53,111 nt of DNA from a virus (lineage: Duplodnaviria > Caudoviricetes), in the IMG/VR virus record IMGVR_UViG_3300025141_014934, positions 1 to 53,111 of that record, one strand, 5' to 3'. Numbering within the stretch: the first letter of the stretch is position 1; each line of letters begins with the position of its first letter. Both the position numbers and the translations under genes were made by a program. Shown in pieces: positions 21,945 to 31,154 of this stretch. Under the pieces are notes generated by a model, which saw only the letters and a list, made by a program, of their open reading frames with translations, was not told the origin of the DNA and ran no database searches.

Positions 21945-22618
21945 TTTCTCTTGAAAATCCTATATTTCTCGCGCATTTTGTTGAGATTGTTGACAACTTG
22001 CTTGGTATTCAAACCAGTTATCTCTCTCATATACAGGTAAATAGCTTTTTTATTAAAAATTTCAATATCATCTGGCTCAGTTAGTAATATTTTAACTGCT
22101 TCATACACCTTGCGTTCGTTAACCTTCATCCCGTCGCCTAAATCCCATGATTGCATCTCTGTCCATAGGAAGTCCCAAAACTCCTCTTTCTCTCGCAATC
22201 TATGATATCCTAAGTCGGTCGACAAATGGGTGTGTTCAAGATCCTTTGATATATCTTCAAAGTAAACCTCACGTTTATTTTGCTGAGATATCTTCTTTAC
22301 TTTGTGAATAAACCAGTTTTTGGTTATAACGCTGAAGTAAGAGAATGCTTTTGAGCCTTTGTTGGGATCATATTTGTCTAATATTGTGGTCAGCCAGAGC
22401 TTACATTCCTCGCTTAGCGAGTCGATATTGGGAAGAGTTGTGAACTTATAGGTATAAACGATCTTATTTACCATCTCATTGAACGCTGGCTCAATAAATT
22501 CAATATAAAGCTCTGTTTTTATTTGTAAATCGTCCGTTAAAGCATATTTTACAATTGCGTTTTCGTGGTCTTTTGTAAAATAATACCGCTTGGTATCTTT
22601 TTTGCGCTGGTTTGCCAC
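21923..22618 (-). CDS. Phage RNA polymerase sigma factor (T4 gp55-like, probably late)
   Basis: 231 aa. N-terminal YYF motif and LDKYDPNKGSKAFSYFSVITKNWF match sigma region 2 of gp55-like factors. Confidence 0.72.
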   Translation of the reverse strand: MANQRKKDTKRYYFTKDHENAIVKYALTDDLQIKTELYIEFIEPAFNEMVNKIVYTYKFTTLPNIDSLSEECKLWLTTILDKYDPNKGSKAFSYFSVITKNWFIHKVKKISQQNKREVYFEDISKDLEHTHLSTDLGYHRLREKEEFWDFLWTEMQSWDLGDGMKVNERKVYEAVKILLTEPDDIEIFNKKAIYLYMREITGLNTKQVVNNLNKMREKYRIFKRKWDEGKI

Positions 22619-22977
22619 TATGCTGCCTCAGTCTCTTCAGGAGCTTCTTCCTTAGCTTCTTCCTCAGAGAGTTGATCTGACCATTTAAAAGCCTCATCAA
22701 TTTGCTCATCGTCGATGAGGAAGATCTCTACGTACTCCCTTACACTGGCATTAATGATCTGAGTGTGTTCTAGGAGATTTTGCAGGATAGGTTCTCCAAA
22801 AAAAGTATCCATTGAGTACACCGCTTTCAGGTGGGACTCATACCCATTGAGATTATATTGTAAATCAGAAATCCCCTCAGAATAAGTGGTAAACTTGCTC
22901 AATACTGCGCGCAGATAAAGAACCAAAAAAACGTTGAGCACGATTGATAGTGCTAACCCAAAATATATCCAATTCAC
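22618..22977 (-). CDS. Hypothetical membrane-anchored protein
   Basis: 119 aa; N-terminal hydrophobic helix, then coiled coil and acidic tail. Confidence 0.7.
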   Translation of the reverse strand: MNWIYFGLALSIVLNVFLVLYLRAVLSKFTTYSEGISDLQYNLNGYESHLKAVYSMDTFFGEPILQNLLEHTQIINASVREYVEIFLIDDEQIDEAFKWSDQLSEEEAKEEAPEETEAA

Positions 22978-23243
22978 TTTTTTGTTTCCTTTTTCATCTC
23001 TTTCTTTTGTTGCTCAAGATCCTTCCTTGAGTCCTCAATAAACCTCTTTACTGTCGCTCCTACGCGTTTTGGAGAGGCTTCTGTATTAGGACGATGGATG
23101 TTGACAACTCCGAAGAGTTTTTTAACGGGGGCCGACTCTGTACACTCACTTATGTCTGCACAAGTTTCGATTTTTTCACCGAGAGTGTGAATAGACTCAA
23201 TCTCTTTTTCACATTCTAAGCACACATAAGTGTAACGCGGCAT
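22974..23243 (-). CDS. FmdB-family zinc-ribbon protein
   Basis: MPRYTYVCLEC...C...C pattern typical of FmdB-type zinc ribbons. Confidence 0.75.
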   Translation of the reverse strand: MPRYTYVCLECEKEIESIHTLGEKIETCADISECTESAPVKKLFGVVNIHRPNTEASPKRVGATVKRFIEDSRKDLEQQKKEMKKETKK

Positions 23244-23605
23244 TAACTGTCGTCAGCATCCGTAGCGCTGACTTTGACTGTCGCTTTCACACGTTTCTTT
23301 GATGGTGCACGGCGGCTTGGAGCCTTCTTAGCTCTCGTCTTTGTGGTAGTCTTTTTCTTTTTAGTTTTGGTCTTGGTCACAGGAGTAGTAGTCTCCTCTG
23401 ACACAGCGTTAATGCGCTCAAAGTCATCATCAAACCTCACAATAGGGGGATTCATTACAACCAGTCCCGTATCAGAACTTTGAAACTTAAACCCCTTCAA
23501 AACTGGAACAATGTCTGATTGCTCCATTAGGCTCTTTTGAAGAGCCATCATAACTGCGCCTAGCGCTTGATCTGATAATTGCATTTTTTCTCCTTTACCA
23601 TACAA
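23243..23605 (-). CDS. Hypothetical protein with Lys/Thr/Ala-rich basic C-terminal tail
   Basis: 120 aa (start may be the second Met); tail TKTKTKKKKTTTKTRAKKAPSRRAPSKKRVK. Confidence 0.7.
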   Translation of the reverse strand: MYGKGEKMQLSDQALGAVMMALQKSLMEQSDIVPVLKGFKFQSSDTGLVVMNPPIVRFDDDFERINAVSEETTTPVTKTKTKKKKTTTKTRAKKAPSRRAPSKKRVKATVKVSATDADDS

Positions 23606-24548
23606 AATTATCCTTATAATACTTCACTATGGAACCAATTTCCTCGTCAAAATTCTTCTTCGGCTCCCAACCCAAACTCCTCAATTTGTCATCGTTTAGG
23701 GCGTAACGTACATCCTGTCCGGGCCGTACGTAGGACAAATCTACATACGATTCCCAATTAATCTCTGTATCATTATAATATGATTCAATTATTTTTTTAA
23801 CTGTTAACCTGTTTTCTTGCTCAAAACCGCCTGCTATATTGAAAATCTCATTCTTAATCCCACTTTCTATGATGGTTGTGACGGCTGTTGCTGTGTCGGC
23901 CGCATGGAGCCAGTTACGTATTGGGGTCCCTTTGTTGTGAAGCCTCACCTTCTTCCCACCTTGTAACAGTTTTACGGTTAGTGGAATCAACTTTTCTGGG
24001 TATTGTCTTTCCCCATAGTTGTTTGTTGGTCTCAAAATAACATATTCTATTCCATATGTTCGAGACCATGACGTGACCAGCAGGTCGGCGGCCGCTTTAG
24101 AGGCTGAATACGGGTTGCTTGGACTTAGAAAGTCCTTTTCAGTGTGCTCTCCCTCGTCGATATCTCCATAAACCTCGTCTGTGCTAATGTGTAGTAAAAT
24201 GGGTCTCTCGCGTACATTCGTAGGCTTATTTTTAATGAGGTCTAAGAGGTTTTTGACCCCCTCAACGTTAGATCTGATGAAGTCTGTGCTGTCAATGATA
24301 CTGTTGCCGACGTGTGTTTCGGCTGCTACGTTGATCAAGTAATCACAATCAGGAAGACTCTTTAGATCGCAGATGTCTTTTTCTAGAAATGTAAAGTTCT
24401 CGTTCTTTAGAAAGGTCTCAACCATTTCTCGGTTGCCCGCGTACGTGAACTTGTCGATTCCCAAAACGCGGTAGCCACTGGTGAGAGCCTCTTCTGCGAT
24501 ATAAGAGCCTATGAAGCCCGCGACCCCTGTTATAACAACATTCTTCAC
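23595..24548 (-). CDS. rmlB: dTDP-glucose 4,6-dehydratase (RmlB-like)
   Basis: GVAGFIG, DKFTYAG, AAETHV, STDEVYG, YSASK, NNYG.RQYPEKLIP, RPGQDVRY. Confidence 0.88.
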   Translation of the reverse strand: MKNVVITGVAGFIGSYIAEEALTSGYRVLGIDKFTYAGNREMVETFLKNENFTFLEKDICDLKSLPDCDYLINVAAETHVGNSIIDSTDFIRSNVEGVKNLLDLIKNKPTNVRERPILLHISTDEVYGDIDEGEHTEKDFLSPSNPYSASKAAADLLVTSWSRTYGIEYVILRPTNNYGERQYPEKLIPLTVKLLQGGKKVRLHNKGTPIRNWLHAADTATAVTTIIESGIKNEIFNIAGGFEQENRLTVKKIIESYYNDTEINWESYVDLSYVRPGQDVRYALNDDKLRSLGWEPKKNFDEEIGSIVKYYKDNFVW

Positions 24549-24979
24549 TTTAACAACCCCACATAATCACTGCAAACACCAGCCAAGCCTTTAAGTGCGG
24601 TGGCTTGTGTCTCTTCTGCGGAATGACATACAATAACTGATCTCTTACCTACTGGCTTTTCAGGGTAGGTCCAAATATAGCCTTTGCTCGTTAAGGTAAA
24701 GTCATCGGTCTGGTGCCAGAAACAATGCACATCATTTTCTACCATTCTTTCCAAGACTTCCCGTGATTTTGCGTGGCACCAAAGTCCAGGGGTCTTTAAG
24801 AATTCTATATCCACTTCGTGCATGGATTCATCATGCCCCAGATAAAACTTATCATCAATATACCATACGTCTATCTCGCTATCATAGCCACCCTTTAGTG
24901 CTTCCTTGATATATGCCGGGTTGTTCTCTCGTTCGGGATTTCGCCCGTGTGTATTACCACGATGTGCGATTAAGATCAC
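24545..24979 (-). CDS. Small PLC-like/glycerophosphodiester phosphodiesterase-fold protein
   Basis: IAHRGN, ENNP, EIDVW, LGHD motifs. Confidence 0.7.
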   Translation of the reverse strand: MILIAHRGNTHGRNPERENNPAYIKEALKGGYDSEIDVWYIDDKFYLGHDESMHEVDIEFLKTPGLWCHAKSREVLERMVENDVHCFWHQTDDFTLTSKGYIWTYPEKPVGKRSVIVCHSAEETQATALKGLAGVCSDYVGLLK

Positions 24980-25693
24980 TTATCGGTTCTCCAAAAAGTG
25001 CTTAAGATCTTCCGGCGTCCCAATGCCCCACATCTTGTGGACATAAAATGGGATCAGTGACTGACCCTCTTCTATGAGTTCGTTGTATACCGGCGCGATA
25101 TAGAATTCATTATTGACTCTGACATTTTTCTCAATCATGCTCTTTGCATGTCTCACGAAGTCAGATCCCTTGCGATACCAGTAAATGCCACATGTGGCGA
25201 TATTGGATATGGGCTTCTTTTCTGCAACTTCCGTAATGTACCCTCGTGAATTAGTTTTTACAAACGACCACTTAGGGTGCACTGCGTTGAAAGTGAACAC
25301 GATAGCATCTGTGCTCGTTAAATTCTTGAAGGCTTTGAAGTTTTCTGCCTCGTACTCAATATACTGATCGGAGTTTGCGATAAGAAGATCCTCATCGTTG
25401 TCTATATGTTCTTCAGCCAACAATGCAGTACAAGCCGCACCCTCCGTAAGTCCATCGACTACAACGTACTTGAACCGGTCATTAGTAATGCGGCCGAGTG
25501 TATCTAACACTCCTTCATACTTCTGGATATGTTCTCTTCGTACCAAAAAAATGTACTCGCAATCAAAATCTAAGTTCTCAACAACCGTCTGGATCATTGG
25601 CTTTCCGGCGACGTCTATTAGCGGTTTGGGGAAGGTGTATCCCTCTTTAACAAAACGACTTCCCTCACCCGCCATAGGAATTAAAATTTTCAT
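24980..25693 (-). CDS. Sugar-phosphate nucleotidyltransferase (BcbE-like GT-A fold)
   Basis: IPMAGEGSRF, PKPLI, EKKPIS, EFYIAPVYN, GTPEDL. Confidence 0.85.
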   Translation of the reverse strand: MKILIPMAGEGSRFVKEGYTFPKPLIDVAGKPMIQTVVENLDFDCEYIFLVRREHIQKYEGVLDTLGRITNDRFKYVVVDGLTEGAACTALLAEEHIDNDEDLLIANSDQYIEYEAENFKAFKNLTSTDAIVFTFNAVHPKWSFVKTNSRGYITEVAEKKPISNIATCGIYWYRKGSDFVRHAKSMIEKNVRVNNEFYIAPVYNELIEEGQSLIPFYVHKMWGIGTPEDLKHFLENR

Positions 25694-26303
25694 TTATGTA
25701 ATCCTCCACTGTATTTTTTGTAACCTGTTCGGAGTTCTTTACCTCCATTACACTACACCCTGATGCGTAGGCGGACGCTAGTCCCTTAGGAGAGTCTTCG
25801 ACTATCAACGTCTCGGATGCCGCCACTTTGTAGTGTTCCAGTATCTTAAGATAACCTTCAGGGTGAGGTTTGGCTTCGTGTACATCCTGATTAGTCACCA
25901 ACATATCAAGATGCTCATAAATCCCTGTTTTTTCAAGCATCAACGTTGCAGTCTCTCGAATGCTGTTTGTGAAGCATGCTACATTTATTGAATTATTCTT
26001 AAGCCACGTAATAAGCTCTATTTTCTCATTGCGCTTTTTGGCTAAGCGCTCAATAATTTCGACTGTTTTCGCTTGCTTAAGTTCATTAATAAGAGGTGAC
26101 TGCTCAGGTGTCAATGTACCAGCTTCTACTAATAAGTTTAGCTTAGTTTTCGTCGGGAGCCCGTTAAAAGTAGTATAGTGTTCCTCAATTGGTATCTCCC
26201 AGCCAGCCACCTCTTGTAACGCCTCGTTCAAGGCAACGCGGTGCCACTCACAAGCCTCTACCAGCACTCCGTCCATGTCAAAGATTACCAGACGTAAACT
26301 CAA
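25665..26303 (-). CDS. HAD-family phosphatase
   Basis: FDMDGVL, KPHPEGY and EDSPKG are HAD motifs I, III and IV. Confidence 0.9.
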   Translation of the reverse strand: MSLRLVIFDMDGVLVEACEWHRVALNEALQEVAGWEIPIEEHYTTFNGLPTKTKLNLLVEAGTLTPEQSPLINELKQAKTVEIIERLAKKRNEKIELITWLKNNSINVACFTNSIRETATLMLEKTGIYEHLDMLVTNQDVHEAKPHPEGYLKILEHYKVAASETLIVEDSPKGLASAYASGCSVMEVKNSEQVTKNTVEDYINENFNSYGG

Positions 26304-26419
26304 CAGATACCTCGTTTTTCATAATCCATACCGATCTCCTTCAGGGAAATATGAATTGAGCTACCCCCCGTCTTAGGGACGTGTATAAATACAAATTTGT
26401 CTTTGAGTGAAACAAACAT
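26300..26419 (-). pseudogene. Truncated sulfotransferase remnant (39 aa mini-ORF)
   Basis: Manual translation: MFVSLKDKFVFIHVPKTGGSSIHISLKEIGMDYEKRGIC*. FIHVPKTGGSS is the PAPS-binding loop of sulfotransferase family 2. The ORF fills the intergenic gap almost exactly. Confidence 0.75.
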
Positions 26420-26426
26420 TCAAACC

Positions 26427-27230
26427 TTAGGAGGTTGCATCATCCATTGTGTCAACTGCATGGTGATTGCTGAATAAGTCATCAGGATAGTCGGGTTGTC
26501 CCTTGTACCACTCTTTCTTGGCGCCGCTGCGGCGGAGTCTGTAACCATCAAGCTCGTTTACGTTAACAATGTGAAAATTGTCTTTAAACGTATCAATGTT
26601 GTTGATATTCTGATCTTGCCACCATGTTGGACCTGGCTGAAGGATTCCCTTTGCCCAAAGAAAGGATAACGCCAGGACAACCTCACATGTTGCGTCGAGG
26701 AAGTTGCCGGGCTTGGCGCCCTCGGCTGCCCACGATTCTAGAGGCAAAAAACCAGACTGCATCGCTACCAAGTGATTTAGACCACTCCTTAAGAGGTCCG
26801 TCCTCGCCATAAATATATGGTCCCCAATGTGATACGGTTTGTCGTCCCACGCTCTTGCAAAGATATTAGCACACACAAGGCGGTCAGGATCCTCAAGAAA
26901 TGGCTCAATCAAAGGTTCAAAATTAGAAAAACACTCGTCGCTCCTTGTCTTTATGACATATTTTGTCTTGACGTGCGCGAGACCATTTAAAATAGAATTT
27001 GTGGCATAGTAAAAGCTGCTCCCATCAAGAACACCAGAAACGTTCCCTCCAAGTGTCGGCTGGGGGTGCACTATGAAGGGGGCTGAAAACGACTCGGGTA
27101 TTTTACAAGGACTAGGACTATCCCACGTACTTACAACGACTTCTCCATACTTCTCATATGTTTCTAGAACTGACTCTCTCATTGAGTTCTCATGCAGAGG
27201 ACCTTGGATGAGGATGCTGATATCTGACAT
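26427..27230 (-). CDS. WavE-like lipopolysaccharide synthesis protein
   Basis: DISILIQGP, EVVVSTW and NGL...KTKYVIKTRSD resemble the WavE family. Confidence 0.65.
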   Translation of the reverse strand: MSDISILIQGPLHENSMRESVLETYEKYGEVVVSTWDSPSPCKIPESFSAPFIVHPQPTLGGNVSGVLDGSSFYYATNSILNGLAHVKTKYVIKTRSDECFSNFEPLIEPFLEDPDRLVCANIFARAWDDKPYHIGDHIFMARTDLLRSGLNHLVAMQSGFLPLESWAAEGAKPGNFLDATCEVVLALSFLWAKGILQPGPTWWQDQNINNIDTFKDNFHIVNVNELDGYRLRRSGAKKEWYKGQPDYPDDLFSNHHAVDTMDDATS

Positions 27231-27233
27231 TGC

Positions 27234-27716
27234 TTACCTCGACAAGTTAATGTAGCATGGTTTAGGCTCATTAACAAACTGCTCAAACGCCTTTTCCATT
27301 TCTGCTCGATCTTCGGGCCACATTTTAATAATGTTTTCAAAGCCGCTTAGATGCTTTTTGTCATCAGTTGCCCAGTGTGAGAAGCCGGCTTCGGCATAGT
27401 CCTTATCGCGTCCTGCTGCAGCTAACATGACCGGGATCTCTTCGTGGTCAATATAAGTTCTTAATATCTCAAAAGGTCGATAGAGAAGAAACGGGGTCAT
27501 AGAATAGCATACAGGTAATTTTCCATCCATTGCAAAACCACAAGCCATACCAAGTATTAGTTGTTCTGCGGCACCTGGATTGAACACTCTGTCGGGAAAC
27601 TCTTCCCTTATCTCGTCGAAGTGACCGTAACCGAGATCCCCAATGATAAAAACGACGTCTTCGTTCTTTCTCATCTCTTGATGTAATATTTTTGCAAACT
27701 CTTTTCTAATGCTCAT
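27234..27716 (-). CDS. Transketolase-like, pyrimidine-binding subunit
   Basis: GDLGYG, FPDRVFNPGAAEQ..LGMACG, RPFE. Confidence 0.85.
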   Translation of the reverse strand: MSIRKEFAKILHQEMRKNEDVVFIIGDLGYGHFDEIREEFPDRVFNPGAAEQLILGMACGFAMDGKLPVCYSMTPFLLYRPFEILRTYIDHEEIPVMLAAAGRDKDYAEAGFSHWATDDKKHLSGFENIIKMWPEDRAEMEKAFEQFVNEPKPCYINLSR

Positions 27717-28350
27717 TATTTAGAATCTCCAAAGCTTCCTTATATTGCTCCTCGTTGATCTTAATATAGTGTGCATCAATTCCCTTGAGGAATGGAAATG
27801 GAAAAGTTTGTTTTTCAGTGCGATGAAAGTGAATCCTTGGTAGAAAAGACTTGCAGCGGCGCTCTAAATAGTCAACATCCATTTCGTCATAACAGGCATA
27901 CCCATTCGCGTTAACATGGACTTCGATGTTCTTGACACCCTTTTCTTCAATAAAACGCAATGCTTCCCAAACAGAACCCTCAGTGGATTCACCGTCGCTG
28001 ATCATGACATGTACCGTCCTTTCAGGCTTGGCTAGGGCGCGTCCGACGGACATCATGATACCCATCCCAAGACTGCCGGCGGAGCAGTAAATGTGATTCT
28101 CCTCATCCCTGTTCGGATGACCTCCGTGCTTTTTAACCAATTCATCGGCATCCACGTGATCGTAATACTTGTCTAAAATACTATAAAGCGCAAAAGCAGC
28201 GTGACCATTGGATAATATAAAGATATCATCTTCTGCCTTATTTTCAAAGATGTCATCAATTATATCGATACAAGAGAAGCAACTACCAACATGCTCTTCG
28301 TTGTGTTCGTAGAGCAGTTTTAAAAGCCGTTTATTTAAATCATAGTCCAT
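27706..28350 (-). CDS. Transketolase-like, TPP-binding N-terminal subunit
   Basis: HVGSCFS, LSNGHA, GHP, GSLGMG and SDGE..EGSVWEA...N (ThDP motif). Confidence 0.88.
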   Translation of the reverse strand: MDYDLNKRLLKLLYEHNEEHVGSCFSCIDIIDDIFENKAEDDIFILSNGHAAFALYSILDKYYDHVDADELVKKHGGHPNRDEENHIYCSAGSLGMGIMMSVGRALAKPERTVHVMISDGESTEGSVWEALRFIEEKGVKNIEVHVNANGYACYDEMDVDYLERRCKSFLPRIHFHRTEKQTFPFPFLKGIDAHYIKINEEQYKEALEILNNEH

Positions 28351-28355
28351 AATAC

Positions 28356-29516
28356 TTACCCAACTGTCTTCTTCATTCTCGTCATGTGGCGGCCGCCGTC
28401 AAAAGAGGATTGTTTCCAAATCTTCACCATCTTGTCAAGCATAGCACCACTAACGTATTTTTCTGGAACTGTTAGGAAGTTTGCGCAGTTATGGCGAATT
28501 GCGTACTCTGCTGTGTACTCGTCAAAGACTAAGGCAGCCCTTGTGTTCTCCAGATGGTTTGCTAACATGTTTATACCTTGTCCTGTTCTGCAAAACCCAA
28601 GTACAAAGTCACACGTATTCTCACTCATCGCCCGCACAGCCTGAGTCACATACTCATTATAATCACAGTCCTGGTTCACATACGTCCCAAAATCAATATA
28701 TTCTATATCGTTGTCTGTTAACACCCTTCTTGCTTTCTCTTTAAGAGCAAATCCTGAGTGATCACAACACAGTGCTACCGGCTTGGCGCCGAACTTTGGA
28801 GTAACATGATCAACGAAAAACTCTAGCTCGGCCGGGGTTCCCAACACATGCATCTTTTCCGTCTGGTGTACGCCTACATTCATTCCTTCTTCAATTAAGT
28901 AGTTAAACATGGGGCATATATAATATTCATTTTTTACTCGTACGTCCTCTTCTATTAGTCTCTCTGCATACTCGACAAACATTTTGCCGGTACGATAATA
29001 ATACACACCAACGGCGGCATTTTGACTAATCACCTCTTTTTCTGCTGTCCTAATTGCACGGCCGTCTTCATCAAGCTCAACATAACTGTGAGCGGGACTG
29101 TTTGCTTTAAAGGTCAGTAGAAAGCCGTCTAAATCCTTAGATATCGACGCAGGGTCAAACACTGGTCGATAGTAAACATCCGGTGTGTAGATGATCAAGG
29201 GTAGCTCGTTGTCGATGTGCTCTTTGGCTAAGAGACACGTCTCAACCGAGCCACGAGTAATCCGGTCAATGACTACAATCTTTATGTCGTCTCCGAATTT
29301 CTGCCGTAAGATATCGTCAATCGCAAAATTATGTATATGATCTAGCCTTAAAGCAAAGATTATATTACATTCGTCTGTGTTGAAAGAGGACATTGCCCAA
29401 TCGATAATATGCTTGTCCTTGGACATAATAAGCGGTTTGGGCATTGTATAGCCCTCATCGATAAATCTTTGTGCTCTGCCTGCAATAGGCAATAGAAGGT
29501 TGTATTTCTTGGACAT
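28356..29516 (-). CDS. Fused sugar nucleotidyltransferase / RpiB-LacAB sugar-phosphate isomerase
   Basis: N-terminal PIAGRAQRF..PKPLI..GTPAEL; C-terminal CDHSGFALK, CRTGQG, HNCAN, FDGGRH. Confidence 0.85.
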   Translation of the reverse strand: MSKKYNLLLPIAGRAQRFIDEGYTMPKPLIMSKDKHIIDWAMSSFNTDECNIIFALRLDHIHNFAIDDILRQKFGDDIKIVVIDRITRGSVETCLLAKEHIDNELPLIIYTPDVYYRPVFDPASISKDLDGFLLTFKANSPAHSYVELDEDGRAIRTAEKEVISQNAAVGVYYYRTGKMFVEYAERLIEEDVRVKNEYYICPMFNYLIEEGMNVGVHQTEKMHVLGTPAELEFFVDHVTPKFGAKPVALCCDHSGFALKEKARRVLTDNDIEYIDFGTYVNQDCDYNEYVTQAVRAMSENTCDFVLGFCRTGQGINMLANHLENTRAALVFDEYTAEYAIRHNCANFLTVPEKYVSGAMLDKMVKIWKQSSFDGGRHMTRMKKTVG

Positions 29517-29524
29517 TTTGATGT

Positions 29525-30412
29525 TTATTTCTCCAGGCTTTGTTTTTTAATAAAGTTTGTCGCGTGTATATGTGCTTGCTCAAGCGCTTCAGGAATGCTA
29601 ATCTCTTTCTGTAACATCTTGGTGATAAACGCTGCGGCGAAGTTATCGCCTGCACCCAGGACGTTAACAGGTCCTTGAAGTATCTCTGGGCACTTTACCT
29701 CGGCGCTGTTGCTCCCATTTGAGCAAAGACTGTAGGTGGGTGTGTGAACAATAGCGTACCCCCGACACTGAGAACCCAACCGATGTGCGGACTCTGCGAC
29801 CGTAGAGGTCTCTGTCAAACTAAGCGCCTCCGTTGAACCCGCAAAAACGTAATCAGCATGATGCAGCATCTGGTTTATCCTGCTTCTTTCCATATCTGTA
29901 TGTTTGTTGCTGCACATATCTAGTGATATTATAGATCTTTTTGAGATACTTTTTAATGATTGTTCTGTTAAATTTGGCAACTTATCAACGTAGAGTATGT
30001 GATGCCAGTTGCTTTTAGTATTGTCAAGCTCAGAAACCTGTTGGCAGGCTCCCCATTTCACGATGCTGCTTCTGACCTTCTTGTTGATGTCTGAGATGAT
30101 TGCTGCCTCGGATGTTGGGATCTCCCACTGTTGTGGTAGATTTACTCCTAATTCGTTTCTATAAAGCTTTCCAAAGTGCTTAAACCATTTAAGGATGTGA
30201 GCGCCGGATGTGTCGTGGCCCAGGAGAGAATCAACAGCCATTGATATGTCAGAAGTTATCTTAGCAACAGCCAAGACCATGTTAGCTAGGGCGCCGGGGG
30301 ATGAATATGCATCCAAACAGTTATTAGATTCTCCCTCCGCAAATTCAGCTACGCAATATACATTGTCTAGAATGAGATTCCCATGAAAGCTTATATCAAA
30401 GCTTTTCGTCAC
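29525..30412 (-). CDS. PfkB/ribokinase-family carbohydrate kinase
   Basis: GNLILD, PGALAN and C-terminal VNVLGAGDNFAAAF. Confidence 0.8.
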   Translation of the reverse strand: MTKSFDISFHGNLILDNVYCVAEFAEGESNNCLDAYSSPGALANMVLAVAKITSDISMAVDSLLGHDTSGAHILKWFKHFGKLYRNELGVNLPQQWEIPTSEAAIISDINKKVRSSIVKWGACQQVSELDNTKSNWHHILYVDKLPNLTEQSLKSISKRSIISLDMCSNKHTDMERSRINQMLHHADYVFAGSTEALSLTETSTVAESAHRLGSQCRGYAIVHTPTYSLCSNGSNSAEVKCPEILQGPVNVLGAGDNFAAAFITKMLQKEISIPEALEQAHIHATNFIKKQSLEK

Positions 30413-31154
30413 AGTGATATCCTTGTTTAATCAACCAGTCTCCATATCGTGAATTCATGAATTCAATCTCGCTCTGCGTGAAGAATGTTTTGTAAGAGCC
30501 GATCTTACCCTTGTTCGTTACATGATGCTTGGTTAATCTAGTTAACAACTCAAAATTTTCAGCGTCTTGAGGGTTGCGGAGTGCTTCTCCGCTCTCATAA
30601 TAATTTTTGAGACCCTCGCACTCATTAATAATTCTTGCCAAATCCTCATCAGAATTATGCGTGCCCAGAACCGATTGCATTTCCTTAACGATGCGAATCG
30701 GATCCTCTTTGTATTTCTCATAACACCAGTCATAATCCACCGCATGTTCCCATGTTTCGTAATATGAGAGGTTTCTATCGCATATTTCTTTTATAAGCTC
30801 TAAGTTCCACTCTTCCGAACGACTCTTTCTTATGTTTGATGCCGCGGCGTCACGGAGATCTCGTACAACCCTAATAACTGTAAAATTGTTTTCGCGCTTG
30901 GCAGTCTCCCAACCGGGGTTGCGGGGGTTGAGGACGCATGCTGGCGACAGGTCGTGCTGCTTAATCAGCGCGCAACGTTGTCCGGTTGGGTTTGTTCGCG
31001 GTTCCTGACCGATGTGGAGGGGGGGGTCTTCTTGTGCAGAGATGACCACACCTACTCCAGATTCTAGAAGCAACACCCGTGCTAAATTAAAACAAAGAGT
31101 GCTTCCAGACTCCGACATCCCACCAACCATGAGAAGAGATTCAGAACTTTTCAT
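30396..31154 (-). CDS. Sulfotransferase-like P-loop protein
   Basis: GMSESGST, RDLRDAAAS, YE..K.DP and KGKIGSYKTFFT match the sulfotransferase layout. Confidence 0.65.
   Translation of the reverse strand: MKSSESLLMVGGMSESGSTLCFNLARVLLLESGVGVVISAQEDPPLHIGQEPRTNPTGQRCALIKQHDLSPACVLNPRNPGWETAKRENNFTVIRVVRDLRDAAASNIRKSRSEEWNLELIKEICDRNLSYYETWEHAVDYDWCYEKYKEDPIRIVKEMQSVLGTHNSDEDLARIINECEGLKNYYESGEALRNPQDAENFELLTRLTKHHVTNKGKIGSYKTFFTQSEIEFMNSRYGDWLIKQGYHCDEKL

Noticed and set aside
26384-26391. T4 late promoter consensus TATAAATA on the plus strand
   Set aside because: It is antisense to all genes and explained by the Val-Phe-Ile codons of the sulfotransferase remnant.
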